This document shows positions 26,401 to 40,647 of a DNA stretch of 64,000 nt, piece after piece. The number at the start of each line of letters is the position of its first letter. Positions within the stretch are counted from its first letter, which is position 1. The notes beneath the pieces are model-generated. The model did no database searches and had not been told where the DNA came from. It was given only the letters and a program-made list of their open reading frames with translations. The stretch comes from Bugula neritina (Eukaryota > Animalia > Bryozoa), in the NCBI GenBank assembly GCA_964035545.1, contig OZ037769.1, positions 11,438,633 to 11,502,632 of the forward strand, in the 5' to 3' direction. The translations under genes were made by a program, and so were the position numbers.

Positions 26401-27591
26401 TCTTGGTAACCTGATCCATTAACTGTATAATTTATGTTTAATCACTGCCCACAGTAGTCCAGTGTGATGGATACTTTAAATAAGTTTGAGTAAATTCAAA
26501 TCAATTATTGATTTTTGTTATTAAATTTATTATTGCTGAAAAAATTGTGTGGATTCATTTGTTCACATTTAGCCAAACTTTATCTTTTGTTCTCATTTTA
26601 CTATGGTTTTTCCAGCTTCAAGTTGTTTATTTCAAGTTGGTTCATCAACGAAGTTCGTAACCATAAGATAATTTCTTTGTAAAGGAAATATCTCTGACAG
26701 AGTTTCTAATTGCAGCCTGATCCATCGTGTTCAATTTTTTGCATGTGATGCAGATTATACCATTGAAATTACCCTTACATCTTTTTGCTAGAACGTTATT
26801 TTTTCAATGAGATCCTTGCTTCTGTGCCGCATAAATAAGACTTTACTTCTTTATCTAAATTTGTTTCCTACCATGATTATTTTCTACTTTATTGGTATAA
26901 TTGGCATTTAGGTTAGTGTACTACGCTCCTAATAGGCTCTCGCAAACATTTTATCATCTTAAGTCACTTTTGGGTCAAGAAGTAGTGGTGGTAACTCAAA
27001 TGAGTCAATCTACACAAATCATAAGTATTTTTGGTCAAGATTCTTCTCTTGTCACTCAGAACCTACTGTTTTATTAAAAATGTTGTTAAAAAAGCTATTA
27101 CTTCAAAAGCCACGATCAATCCTAAATGATAAGATAAGCGAAGTTTGCCTGTACTGTACATTGCATATTGCAGATGATGTTGGGGCCATAGTAATTCAGT
27201 CTTGCAAGCAAAATCAAGTAACTGTTACAATAGATATCAGTAAGATGGATACAAATTAGGAAAAAAACAATTACATACTGCAAATTGGTGCAAATAAAAA
27301 TGGACCCCTTGTCTGTATAATGTGGATATTAAAATACCTTGCTAATAATATTATATAGTGAAAGCTTAATAATTTATGAATTTGAAGAGAGGTCATACAT
27401 TTTGTAGAAAGTTGCTTGAACATTATCACAATAGTATTTCAGTGCATAAGAAATAAATTATGGTTTTTTTTTTTCTTAATTTTAGTTAGCCTAGTTATTA
27501 TCTAGTTTTAAACTCCTGGCTTTCATAAAAGTTGACTACGTGTCGTTACCTTATTCTCAATGTCTGTTGCAGTGGTCTGGTTTGAACTCTT

Positions 27592-29799
27592 ATGATGGTG
27601 TCTCATCTTCTTGTCAAATTGCTATTCGTCAGCATCTCTCTATTCTCCTACACAGCATCTGCTTTCCTGTATGAACTGACATTTAATGTTGATGCTGGAA
27701 AAGTAGAATGCTTTCATCAATATGTTGTTATGAAAGGCGTCCTTGAGATTCACTTTCAGGTAAATATTCTGAAATATCTGGCTACTTAACTAGTTCTAGA
27801 CTACCATTTTCTGCTTATCCTTTTTGGTAATATTTGAATGTTTTAAAAAAATGTATCTACCAAAATAATTTTTGCAGAATTTAAAAATATGCTATACAAT
27901 GCAGAGAGAAGCTCCAAAAAGTTGGCTCATAACCATGTAGTCTCCTTTTATTATAGAATGTATTTTTCTTTTGTACATGTGTTTATTCCAGTTGGATTCA
28001 GTAACCTAATCTCGGGCTTTCTAGCTACGCAGAAAAACTTTCAAATTGCTAATCTAAGTGTATAATTGTTGATTTTTAAATACAGCTAAATTTGTTAAGA
28101 TTTGATTCACCTTTTTATTTTATTTACAATTACAATAATGAAATACTGAGAAGAATTGAGGTGTGCTTACAAGTTAGTTCTGCAACTTTTTTCTAAATTA
28201 AACAGATTATTACATCTTTCGATTCAACAGGTGCTACAGGGTGGTGAAATGGACATTGACTTCTTAACTCGATCTCCTGGCAATGAAATCTTGCGATCTG
28301 ATGAGAGGAGCCGAACTGGCACTCATCAGTACGTCATTCTACATTACCAGTCACTAGCAGTTTTCCACAGGAATTTCGTACATACACTATGTCACTCTTA
28401 AATAGCAATATTATAAATATATTAATTGATCACAGTATGCATCAGTGCTACACTGAGACCAAACCTATTTTATTTTTATTATTTGTTTTGCTGAAACAAA
28501 TTCAGAGTATGCTGGCATGTTTGTCTATTCTATATCTCTTCACTATGCTTACTACAGAATAGATTGTCAGTTGGTTCATTCACTATTACTTGCTCATGAG
28601 GCTAACTCGCTCTTGTGTGTTTCCTGTAGAGTATATACAAAAGAAGGCGGGACTTATGAGTTCTGTTTCGACAACTCCTTTAGTCAATTTACATCAAAGA
28701 TGGTTTTCTTTGAGTTATACTCCGAAATAAAGGAAACAAGTTTTGTGAATGGGGAGTTGTATGCAGAGAAGTTTGAGACATCCGAGGTTGAAGCAGATGT
28801 GAAAAATAGAATGAAACAGAGTTTTGTCCAGATAAAGGTAAGCTCTGGGTGATCTTTCACTTGAGTTATAAAATGACCTCTTCTATAGCATTACTAGCAT
28901 GTTGTAGAGTTGTCTCCCCACAGTATTGCTATTGTGTATAGTAAAGAGTTGTCTCTCCACAGTATTACTAGTATATTGTGAAATTGCCTGCATATTATCA
29001 CTAATATCTTGTATATTATAGAGTTCTCTCCCCCTTTATTGTGTCAGTAGTATATTGTAGAGTTGCCTTTTCCTGTAATAGTACAGATATTGTATAGTGT
29101 AGAGTTTTCTTAGTGTATAGAGTTGGAGTTTTCTATAGTATTACTGATCTGTGGTATAGACTATAGTGTATCACCAGTGTTCTTGTGTTATGTATTTTAG
29201 AGCAGTCTTTCTATAGTACGCGGTAAACTCAGTAAAATCAAGAACTCCCAAAGCCACCTGCGAGGGTACATGAAGAGAGACAGAAGTATAACTGAGGCTA
29301 ACTTTTCTCGAGTCAATTTATTCTCAAGTGAGCTGTGTTTCTCTGGAATCTGTGTTGAACATTATTAACCTCTTAGATAAGAGAGACTGTTGATGGGGTT
29401 GCACATGCTTAAACAATCATACAGCAGTACAGTTGATAAGCTCTAAATAAAAGTACTTGTTTAGGGTTTTAGCAGTTTGTATCTTTAATAATGTGTGTAC
29501 TCTTGAGTTAAAACACATCTTGTGATTGGCTTACATTTAATAAGAATGCAACATTACTTATTATAATGTATGTGATATACTTATACTGTGATGTTACTTA
29601 TTCCATTCCATTTGTTCATGTCTCTCAGGGTAAACTGTTAGAAAGTCTGTTCTGTCTAGTTCTATGCCTGTGACTGACTGGTAACTTGTTTGCTGCAGGT
29701 TTCTATATGATTATGATGATAACGGTCAGCATGGTACAGGTGGTCACTATCAGGAGTCTGTTTAAGCCACCATCTCATCAAATGAAGCAGACTACATAG
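27592..29799 (+). CDS. Transmembrane emp24/p24 cargo receptor, gamma subfamily (TMED1/TMED5-like), 5 coding exons
   Basis: Exons 27592-27759, 28231-28328, 28630-28837, 29201-29327, 29699-29799. Signal peptide; GOLD domain (ELTFNVDAGKVECFHQ..FQVLQGGEMDIDF..GTYEFCFDNSFSQFTSKMVFFEL); coiled coil with RDRSITEANFSRVNLFS; TM helix; tail QVVTIRSLFK..T*. Confidence 0.92.
28880..29170. repeat. Degenerate intronic tandem repeat
   Basis: Recurrent TAGAGTT(G)TCTC..CAGTATT.CTAGTAT.TTG blocks. Confidence 0.6.
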
Positions 29800-32794
29800 T
29801 ATTATTATAGTATGATATAATGGCAGCATAGTATTGTGACCTTTCACCTCTGTCACTAACCTGATATGTCATTCCAGTTATTCACACGCCTTCTATCGCA
29901 ACTCTGTAATACCTATCCTAGAGTATAATGTTCTCTTGTAGATCTTCAATTACTTTTTACCATTTATGGTTCTACAAAATGTTAGATGATCTATTTCTTA
30001 CTGATGTAAGATTTCTTACTGTTAATTTAGAGCTATGAGTCCATTTTATAGATTTTTGTTTTACTTTTATTTATAATATATGCATATCTTGTTGTTTTGC
30101 TGTGCCATTAGTTTACAAGTGTTTTATACTAGTGTTTTGACAATCTTATTGCGTGATATTCACTTTTACACAAAACCTTTAATCATTCCCAATGCATATT
30201 ATGTTCTTTGCACTTTTTCTATTCCTAACATAGTTATCCACTATATTTATGTTTTGTACGAAGACAAATCAAAGAAGCTCAGTTTATTGTTTTAACTATG
30301 TTTTAAGAGAGCATAATAACTAATAATGTTTTATTGCCATTTTGTATTTAGTATAATATATATAATATGTGTAATGATTTTTATCTAATAAATGTGTGAA
30401 TTTCTAACTTTTCAATTGCTTCTTTTAAAATGTTTTTCCAATGGTATATATGCAGTAGTAATTGAAGAGCAAACGGCTGTTGTACATGATTGCTCCATTC
30501 TTACGAAGGGAATGGCTTATAAATGCATGATTAAGCATTTAAGGGTAGTTCATGGTAGATTGGTGCATTTTCTTTGTCAACTATATATAATTTGCTGGCC
30601 ACTGACTTACACAAATAGTACACCTTGAAATTAGTTTTGTAGGTATGTTGATAGCAGAGTATGATGACAACCAAATATATATGCTATAACTTTACAGCAA
30701 TAGCACCCTTATATGTTTTCTAGAACATTATAAAGTTAAATAACTATTTGTGCAACTTCTAAGTTCATTACAATTTACCCATATGAATATTGTATATATG
30801 GTCATTTTATATTATATATGCAGATTAAGGACTAGACACCATCAGAAAATTTTCTTGATGATAATGGAAAAAAATATATATAGAAAGAAACTGTGTGTAA
30901 CACTTTTAGGTAGGAAGATAGTGTATGCAGTAGACAATGTTCAATAAGTTGCTAAATAACAGAAGAAGGGCTAAACTTTATAGGTAAAGTAGTTAAAAGT
31001 CACAGCCATGTAGTGGAAAGGGAGATAACTTCAATTCTTGTAGCAGCTTCAGACCAAAAAGTCTGCTGTACCAGGAATACATGTAAATGATTTTACAGCT
31101 GCCAATGATATCTAAATTAAATTACTATTATTATTATTGAGAGAATTGGGTCATGCATATTCAATAGTCTGCCTCTTATTACCAAGAGTTTTCAGTACGA
31201 AAAAAACTATTGTTATCTGATTGGTCAGCTTAGTATTATAGCAAATAGCATATGACTATAGCGTATACATTCTAGAACGTTCTACTCTCAAAAAAAGTAA
31301 TAGTTGACTACAATAATTTGATAACATGGCCAGTGCAGCACACTTTCTTTTAAGCATGAAAAACCCTTCTAATGCTAGCTTACAGTCCTCCCTCCTCTCA
31401 ACAATAGTAAAGACAATTCAACCTAAAAACTCTTCTTCCTTTCAATAAGCTACATGTTGGTAATGATATCGAATAGCTCTTATAATTTTTTCTGTCATTA
31501 AACTGTTTCCTAATAAAATTGCTTGATTCTGCCCATTCTGTCGATGATTCTGTTATTTGATGTGTATTCTTATTTACTGAATGAAATTATTGTTTTTTTT
31601 TTGGGATTTTGATTTGAAGATATTTTTGGGTATTCGCATTCTTTCTCAGTATATGCTGTAATCACTTTTTACTATAGAATATGTATAAATAACATATATG
31701 GTAATAAAGTGTATATCTTAGCAGATAGGTATGAAAATATAAGGGCATAGACCAGCCTAAAAACTCATCTCTGCACAATTAGTTCTATTTTACTTTATCA
31801 TATTTTAAATAATAAAATAAGACATATAATATGATTATGTATCATAATGCATAATAATATTATTATAATGCATATAGCAGGTTTTAACATGCTATATTAA
31901 ATAAAAAATATCCACCTCATTTGTTATTGTTTAGTGCTATCTTATATTATTGATTTATAGTAAAAACTTTAAAACATGCTGCTCTTTTCAAAATGGTTGC
32001 CGAATTTACCAAGATATGCACTTAAACTATGCTTCTTTGTATGATATTATAACAATGTAAAGGAATGCAAATGTTTACTACTTGTATTAAGAGTTATTTA
32101 CTCAATGAAACTTCACTTAATTTCAAGTTCTTTATAATAAATATAATACAGTAATATATTCAATAGAGCTAGGGCTAATTTAAAGTAAACATTTGATTAA
32201 TCATGATTGCATAATTTTCAACTATATGACAAAACCTATCAATTGTATTGAAAGCATTGATTAATTATTATTGATTTATTAAGTGTGACAAAATAGCATT
32301 AACTTTGCGATTATATTTATATAATAACACACTTTACAGCAGTATACCAAGGTAGTTGTGGAAAGTTTAAGAAACTGTTTAATAAAATAATGAAAATATT
32401 TGAGAATAATTCAAAATGACAACTTTAATAATATATTCAACAAGAATAAACGTGCTTAATGAATAAAAAATAAATTTTAAATGATGAACAGACTAAAATC
32501 TTTTCTACACTCTTTTATCAACAGCTGTAATTATATACATCAGTGAAATTTAATAAACAATTTGGTTGATGTAATAACACTAAGCAATAAGCTACTGTCA
32601 ACAATCGCAGACCAAATTTTGTTTAACCTGATGTCAAACTAGAGTTTGTATGTTACACTATGTTATACCCCAACTTGCAAATTCAATGTAATGCAACAAT
32701 AGTGTACTAATAATCAAAACTTGCAACTTTGTATTTATAATTATTAGTTTGCAATAAACTTATCAATAGTGTGGTAACTGCACCAACTTTAACA

Positions 32795-35700
32795 ATGAAT
32801 TATATGGATGAAATGCAAGGTAAGTAATTAATATAACTTAGCTTGTTGTATACAATTCTAATTAGTAGGTAATGATGCATTGTCATAATACTAAATTATA
32901 TGTATTCCACTGCAAAGTTATCATTTATACCTTAAAAAAACATTGTTTGGTATCATAGTATAAAACTAAATTGCATTCAGTAATCATATAATTTTTAAAA
33001 CAGATGTAGTCAAAACTTTTTCTTCAATATGCTCTTTATTGATCACAAAAAGCAGCATGCAGTAAGTTGTGATTTTTTAGCAGTTCATAGCAACTGAAGT
33101 CAATTGGTCAGAGAGTTTTGGGGCTTAAAACTACTGTTTTACAGTTTTGCAATAATAGACTAATTTACATGATAGCTTTGGGTCTCTGTGCTCGTAAAAG
33201 ACCTAGGACAGATTATCCTACCCGGGACATATGCCCTACCTAGATCTACAGATTATTTATGGTGTTTAACCTAGGTAGGTCTAGGGTCTAGGTAGGTCTT
33301 GCACCAGGTGTAGGGCCTAGGTAGGTCTTGCACCAGGTGTAGGGCCTAGGTAGGTCTTGCACCAGGTGTAGGGCCTAGGTAGGTCTTGCGCCAGGTGTAG
33401 GGCCTAGGTCGATTTTTTTCAGATTACCAAGGGTGTATACTGACTAGGGGTATATACATGACCAAGGTATCCTGGATACCTATCTATTAAAGTTCCCACA
33501 GAGCATAGAGCATATTATATAGGCTTACAGATTTCTACTACACTTTCCCCAAAACAATTTATTAATCTATCATGCGCTGCTAACAAGTTCTTTATTCTAT
33601 TAAAAAGTAGCATTGTGTTATAAAGTCAAGGTCAACAACTTATAGACTTTTGAGCTGCTCTTCTCCTCATAACTTTTTCATTGTTTAGCCTAACAATATC
33701 TATCTCAACCTCAGCATTTTCTGTTTTATATCTTTTTAAATAATTGCTAAATTATTTATAAACTTGAATCGAAACTATAACACAGTTGTGAAAAACAGAC
33801 TTTGCATCTTTGTCCATTCATTATTTAATGTCCAACTGTTAATGTATTTCGATTGTTGATTGTAAGTACTTTGACCATCTGTGTTGTACAATTTTACGTT
33901 ATTTATAATGTTATAATGTTATATGTTTATAAGTTATAATGCAAGGTTATAAAATTATAATAAACTCAAATTTGAAACATTGCATGCCTGTAACTTTAAA
34001 ATTCCAAAATCTATCTTCAATAAATAGGTGTACTTGGTTCCTGAAATGAAATAGCAGTACCAGGTTTGTTGCAAATGGGCCCATTACAAAAATGTTAAGA
34101 CTGTTAGTTGAAAGCTTATCAAAAATCAACCAATCAAACTTCATGACCAAAATAACAAGAGTGGATAAGAACTCTTATTTGGATATATTGACAAAAAACT
34201 CACGGAAGTTTAGAGTGAGAAACCCGTGATGGAAAGGGTTTTTGTTAGAAAGGCTTAAGGACTTGTTTAGATGAGGCACAGGAGCAATTATGACTGAATG
34301 CTCTTCCTAACATCGCCAATGACCTTTCTCAGGTTTTGAACCCATGACTTCATGTTTACTAACCATGCGCTCTAACCCCTAGACCACGGCTGCTCTCTAT
34401 ATACTGACTTAAACCCAGCATATTAAAAATATTCAAGATGTAAAAACACAAAAGTTCTGCATCATATCTACTATAGTTGCAATGCCTTTGTCAATGTTGA
34501 TTATTTTGTTAACAAAATCCTTATATATGTACAAAATTACTTTGTTATTTTATATGCACAGGGGGTTTTAAATAAAGATTTTGCTACATTAAAACCTGTT
34601 TTATCCATATGCCTGAATGTATTACATTACACGTATATTATTGTTGTCTGCAGGTCTCAAACATGCCGAGTTGCGTCAACGTCGGAACATAAGTGCAGTG
34701 CCTTGTGCCACAGTAAATTTAAACAACAACGCACGTAAAAATGGTGGGCGGAGGCTCAACATTCCAGGGGTGTCGGGCTACAATACACCCAGCACCAAGG
34801 CTATATGCATCAACTTTGTGACGGTGGTAATTTCCACCATAGGACTGATATTTCTAGTACTCGGCTACTGCTGTTTGGGAGGTGCCGTGTTTGAATGGCT
34901 AGAATCAAACACCGAGAAAGAGACTATCGTGAACAACAGACGTCATGTGGAGGCATTGGTGAAACAACACGCTGCCAATCTGTACAAGCAGCTGCAGGTT
35001 ATAGATGAGAGTGTTGACACAATCACTGTCATAACCGGCATTCTTAACAATGTTAGCCGAGATGCGTACTCCACAGCTAAAAACAGTCAGTGGGATGGAG
35101 AGGGACAAGGAGCTTCCATTAGCTTAGATTGGACATTTCCAGGAGCTATACTATTTTCTGCAACTACCATTACAACCATAGGTGTGTTGGTTTTGAGTTC
35201 TTCATGTATTTATGCTTCAATAATAAACATCAATGGTAGCACTTCTGAGCTATATTTATATGCTAAGAAATGCTTTAATAATTTTCCATATAGCCTATCA
35301 TGTCCAACAATATGAATTGTAGACTATTTAAACCCCTAAATTTAGTGTTAGGCTCATTGTTCTAGTTTAGATAATGGAATTATTTTGGGATAGCAGTTTA
35401 AATTCAATGTAATACTCAGCTAAATACATATTATGTACCTATTTTTATATCTGTGGAGGATTTGGATTTATTACGCCAGCAACAGTTACTGGTCGGATAA
35501 TCTGCATATTCTACTCAGTGTTTGGGATTCCCATAACTATGCTGGCTATAGCTAACCTCGGGCTATGGTTTGCCAGGCAAGTGAGGAAAGTACACAAAGT
35601 CACTACTAAACTAAGGAAGAAGGAAAAATCCGAGGGTCGGTCAACTGAGGTGAGTCGTTCATAGCTTGGCTATCTTGAGACAGGAAACGCCTGCAAACAT

Positions 35701-35875
35701 TCGTACTTAGTAGATTGTATTCATATTCATATTCATATTCATATTCATATTCATATTCATATTCATATTTATATTCGTGTGTGCGTGTGTGTGTGCGTGT
35801 GTGTGTGTGTGTGCGTGTGTGTGCGCGTGTGTGTGCGTGTGTGCGCGTGTGTGTGCGTGTGTGTGGGTGTGTGTG

Positions 35876-35918
<43 letters not shown>

Positions 35919-37185
35919 GTGTGCGTGTGAGTGTGTGTGTATGAATAATATAGTGCATTTCATATTAGACTTATGTCTCTTGTCTTAATATAAAAGCAGA
36001 TGGAATAAAGCAGGCTGACTTTTAAAACTATGAATGGATGTTAGATATAGAATTAGCCATTGCTATATAAAGAGTACAATGTATTCAGGTCGTTAGAGCT
36101 GCATAATATGTTATTTACATGCTACGTTATGTCATATTATGCAAATTGGGTAAATTATTTCTTAAACTTCTGAGTCATCCTTGATGGATTTTGCAAAACT
36201 TGGCCCTGGTTATGCATACTTTTACTCTGATACAAATAATTTTCTTGCATTTAATAAACATTCATATTTCTAGGTCCCAGTAATAGTATCTCTGATAATT
36301 ATGGTGGGATACATCCTCAGTGGAGCTGCGCTATTCTCTCAGTGGGAAGACAACATTGGCTTTGTGGATGGAGCTTACTTCTGTTTTATTACTTTAACTA
36401 CCATAGGATTTGGTGATATTGTTAGTATGCAAATACTCATTCTGCTATAAGTGTACTCACTAATAGCTAAATGTCATGTGATTATATGGAATTGAGATTT
36501 AAATAGTTTCTTTCTGAAAAGAACTTCTAATTTAAATAATACACATGTGGGTTTATAGTTGCTATCCTTAAAATAACCCCCACCCCACCCCCCCTTCTGA
36601 TAGCAAGGTCTCTTTTGCGTGCTAAGGGCTTTTCACTATTGTGTCGAGGATCAACTATGACTAAATGCCCTTCCTAGCATTACTAATGGCTTTTAGTGAG
36701 ATTTGAGGCACTGACCTTTTAGTTTAAATAATTTATTTCCAAAAAAACTCATAAGAGTTATGATCTTTTTCAACTTGTTGTTTCATAGAAGCAACAGGTT
36801 AAGAAGTTAGAAAACTCACTAGAGTTTAAAATACCCAAAACAGTTCCCTAGTTGGCATGAGAGACACTCCTGCATTACCTAAAATATGCTGTAAAACCTG
36901 TTTGCAAAATGAATAAAATTTTTATAGGTTCCAGGAGTGTACACAGGAAAGGGGGACTGGATCACTCAGAAGGACAACATGCAGTCTGGCGGAAACGCCC
37001 TAAAGCTAATTATATGCGGTGTATACTTGTTCTTCGGACTGTCACTGTTAGCCATGTGTCTAGACCTCATGAAGGAGGAAGTGAGAGCCAACTTTCTTTG
37101 GCTCGGATACAAGACCAAATTAATGAGTCAAAAATCATCAGATGAAGTGATTGAGGACTATGTTAAACAGCAGACAGGTGGATAG
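32795..37185 (+). CDS. Two-pore-domain potassium channel (K2P; TWIK/TRESK-like)
   Basis: Putative first exon 32795-32819 (MNYMDEMQ G|gtaagt), then 34654-35182, 35459-35649, 36275-36420, 36928-37185. M1 (YCCLGGAVFEWLE), P1 WTFPGAILFSATTITTIGFG, M2 (GRIICIFYSVFGIP), M3, P2 YFCFITLTTIGFGDIVPG, M4 (YLFFGLSLLAMCLDL). Confidence 0.92.
33288..33409. repeat. 29-bp GC-rich tandem repeat, 4 copies
   Basis: Unit CTAGGTAGGTCTTGCACCAGGTGTAGGGC. Confidence 0.95.
34205..34396 (-). mobile_element. tRNA-derived SINE
   Basis: Minus strand GAGCAGCCGTGGTCTAGGGGTTAGAGCG...GGGTTCAAAACC (A and B boxes), followed by the body GGTCATTGGCGATGTTAGGAAGAGCATTCAGTCATAATTG. A degenerate second copy lies at ~36640-36720. 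Confidence 0.7.
35718..35942. repeat. Compound microsatellite (TATTCA)n + (TG/CG)n
   Basis: Seen directly in the sequence. Confidence 0.97.
36640..36720 (-). mobile_element. Degenerate copy of the SINE at 34205-34396
   Basis: CAACTATGACTAAATGCCCTTCCTAGCATTACTAATGGC aligns with CAATTATGACTGAATGCTCTTCCTAACATCGCCAATGAC. Confidence 0.55.
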
Positions 37186-37921
37186 TGCACTAGGAGTGTA
37201 AGAGGGGGCCAAAAGATAGATTTTACCTGTTCATATACAAAATTTGTAATACAGTTTTATACTAGATTATTAAAATAAGATATTTGTGTTTTCTTTGTAG
37301 TATTAAACTGAATTTTACTCATAATTATATTGATTGTGAGGAAAAACAAAATATTTTAGTGCTGGTTGATGAAGAAAAATTAAATATAAATTGAATCATC
37401 ACAGTTTTGGAATGCATTAATGATATAATCTAAATATTTTTAGATTAATACCCATTAAGTAAAAAATATAAAAATAACAAAATATTAGAAGCAAAAGTGC
37501 TGTGATACTGTATAAATAATTATAGAAAGCATGAGAAAAATACAACATATGTATAGAATAACCATGGCTCACTGTTATAGCTACATATAGCAACGGGTTA
37601 CAGGATTGAGAGAAATTTAATTTTACAGATCTATCAGAAATGTTATGCAGTAGTTAAATTATGCAATTATAAAGGAAAAAATGTAACAAAACTTGTAAAC
37701 AGAATGCAATAATTCAAAAAATAATAAAGAAAAAACAGTTGAACTTCTTGATGATTGTCTTTGAAAAAAAATATAAATTTAGCTCAATGCGATATTGTAA
37801 ATTTCACAGCATTTAAACAAAAAGCTTGAAAGATTGTTAAACAATATAGAGTGTGAATCAGTTAGTGCAGGCACCTGTTCGTGAATTTCAAGCCTGCAGA
37901 CAAGGTAAGTAAATATGGAGT

Positions 37922-40647
37922 CTACGACACAATGTCTTCCTCACACAGAATCTGACACACGTGGGACTGTTTGCTATTGTGTAAAGCCCTGAGTAAAGAA
38001 GGAAAAGCTTTTTGACCTCGACAAAGGATAATCTGTAGCAGCTTCTCACACATTTGCTTACGAGACTTTTCGGCAGATATGACTTGTATGTCTTCTTCAG
38101 TTAAAATTCTGTTAAAAAGTGATTACATGCTGAACTTGATATAAAAACCCACATATTTTTTTAACTCCGAATTATTTGATAGCTTGATTACAATATAGCT
38201 GCTGGAACGTAATTGTGATATCTAACTTAAATTACTGGAAGCCAGTGTCAGTATTTGGAGTTATCTCTTCTATATTATTAGCAGATAACTCCAACTATAA
38301 ACTAATTCATGTAACATAGCAAACCTGCTGGGAATATAAATTAGTGATGCACGAGCCATTTAAAGCTATTTGGTATATCATTTTGTTTTGATAACAGATT
38401 TTATCAAAAGGCGGCAAGATTTAGTTAAGACTGTAAGAAGTTAATGAGTAGCAGGTGAACACAACTCTCCATACAGATATATACACGCTGTGCACAGTGC
38501 TGCTAACTACAATACTATGGTAGTCCGTGAAATTATCTCAAACACTCACCCATCCGCTTTCAAGTCAGAAAGTATGAAATGAGGCATCATCTCCTCACAC
38601 AGCACATCCTTTCTGCTGACCAGCTTACGTTTATGTTCCACTGACATCAGATCAGCTGAACGACCAATAGAAATCAGCTCCTGGAAATTACATCAGTACA
38701 ATGAGATGCAATAAACCTTCACTTCCTTTGTTTACTTTAACCAAGTTCTACAGATTCTACTTTCAGTAATTTCTACAGTTTCCACCTGCGCTCATTTCTA
38801 CATTGTCTGCTTACACTTATAACTATATACACTTTACTTTATTGACCTCTACATTATCTACACACATTATTATTTAAATAATCTAAATATACTGATCCGT
38901 ACCTGCATAGACTTTTCTAGGGCTGATATTTCAGCAAGAATAGTAACCTTCATCTCCTTCGCTACTTTGCCATCAGCACAGAGAGAAGTGTGGAGGCTGT
39001 TAAGAGCTACAAGAGCCTCTTCGTAGGGCGCCAACCGGGAGGTCTTGTCCGCTGCTTGCTCTATCAGACTGAGAGGAATGCAGGTCAGAATTAAACAAAT
39101 CACTACAGTAGGTTAATTTATTACCAATGGCAGGCTGCTTTTCTTGTCATTACACAACTCTGCCATTACAATAGAGCAGATGTTAATAAAACTTGGTGTT
39201 TTAAGGCCCATTTAAACTTTAAAAAAGAAGATAGTTTCAGAAACTAAAACATCACTAATTCAAATTACTTGTGAATTACTAAGTTCAGCCATTACCACTA
39301 ATAACCTTTATAATCAACATCTCAAAAGCAGCTTTTAGTGAAAATCAGGCTATCAAACTAAAGAGCGATTCTGCCAACACATGACATGAAGGTGAACTGG
39401 TAGACTGTACCTTACTATCTCTGGGTTGACACTGCTCTTTGTAATCATATCCTTCACTGTGCTTCCATTATTGTCTTTTATATCAACACTGCTTTTATTT
39501 TTCAGAAGAACTTTTACAAGTTCCACACAGTCACTAGCCACAGCGTAGTGAAGTGCCGTCTTCCCATGAACATCTTGCGCGGCTAGATTGATGCCATTTA
39601 ATATTAGTATTAGACTTTTCTTCACTCGCTATCACAGGAGGGAAAGAGTGCATATGATTATATGAGTCAATGAAGTAGCAAATTGGGAATGCAACAACAG
39701 AACACAAAGTAGAGTTGGTCAACAAAAATATCATGCATAAAAGGTCATTTTTAAAATATTCACAGTAGGTATAGATTCTCTGTTTATTTGTGACTGAAAC
39801 TTATTTTAATGTGAAAACCGATGAACTTGCTTCACTAATACTGACAAAAAAAGAAATGCTGTAAACACAATAGTTAAGTTACAAAACAGTGTTGATTAAA
39901 ATTTTTTCAATTGGCTTTGTTGTCCACAAAATCTATTTTCCAACGCAATTTTAATCATGCTTTTTTTCATTAATAAAGCAGACTATGAAATTAGTAGCTA
40001 ACCTGAGCAGAACGAGGTATATGATCATCTGGTCGAATTGTTACCATGAGAGCTGATTTTCCATCTCGAAGTGATGAGCAATTCACATCAGATCCAGCAT
40101 TGGTCAACATTTGAATGACCTTAATTGAGTGCGGCACCTCTGACATCATAGCATGCATGAGTGGAGTGATGCCGTCTACATCATACACGTCGAGTAAAGG
40201 ATTGTAAGCGAGAAGTAATTCTAACCCTTCCACGAACATAGTGGCAGCAAACAGAGCAGTCTGACCCCGACTGTCTCTGATGTCTACATCACATCCCTTT
40301 TCCAACAGCAATTTTATTCTTCCTTCAACCCTGGCATTGAAAGCCCTATGAAGAGCGGTCTCACCACCAACACCACGGCTGTTGATATCACAATCTTTTT
40401 GTTCAATTAGCAGGTCCAGTATGTCTGTCATCTTATCTTTTCCAGATTTTTCATCACAGGAAATGGATGGGTCAATCCCAGCAGCTGCCACAATTGCAAG
40501 GTCCCCATGTTTGGACATAGAATTCAAATTGCAGCCTAATTTAAAAGCTTGCATTAGAGTAGATATGTTTCCTTTTAATATTGAAGAGTGCAAAAGTGAA
40601 TTTGCATTTTGCTCTTTTAGGCTTTTTCCCTTTTGAAATTGATCCAT
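37922..40647 (-). CDS. Ankyrin-repeat protein with a C-terminal CARD (death-fold) domain, 5 coding exons
   Basis: Exons 40647-40003, 39629-39411, ~39068-38903, ~38680-38550, 38109-37922 splice in frame. About 7 ANK repeats (GETALHRA, GQTALFAA, GITPLMHA, GKSALM, GKTALHYA), a helical linker, then MSVEHKRKLVSRKDVLCEEMMPHFILSDLKADGILTEEDIQVISAEKSRKQMCEKLLQIILCRGQKAFPSLLRALHNSKQSHVCQIL. Confidence 0.85.

Noticed and set aside
26440-27320. Possible decayed Tc1/pogo-type transposon (right end ..GGACCCCTTGTCTGTA)
   Set aside because: No matching left TIR or convincing transposase motif found by eye.
35707-35988. HT/CV/YS-repeat ORFs
   Set aside because: Microsatellite translations.
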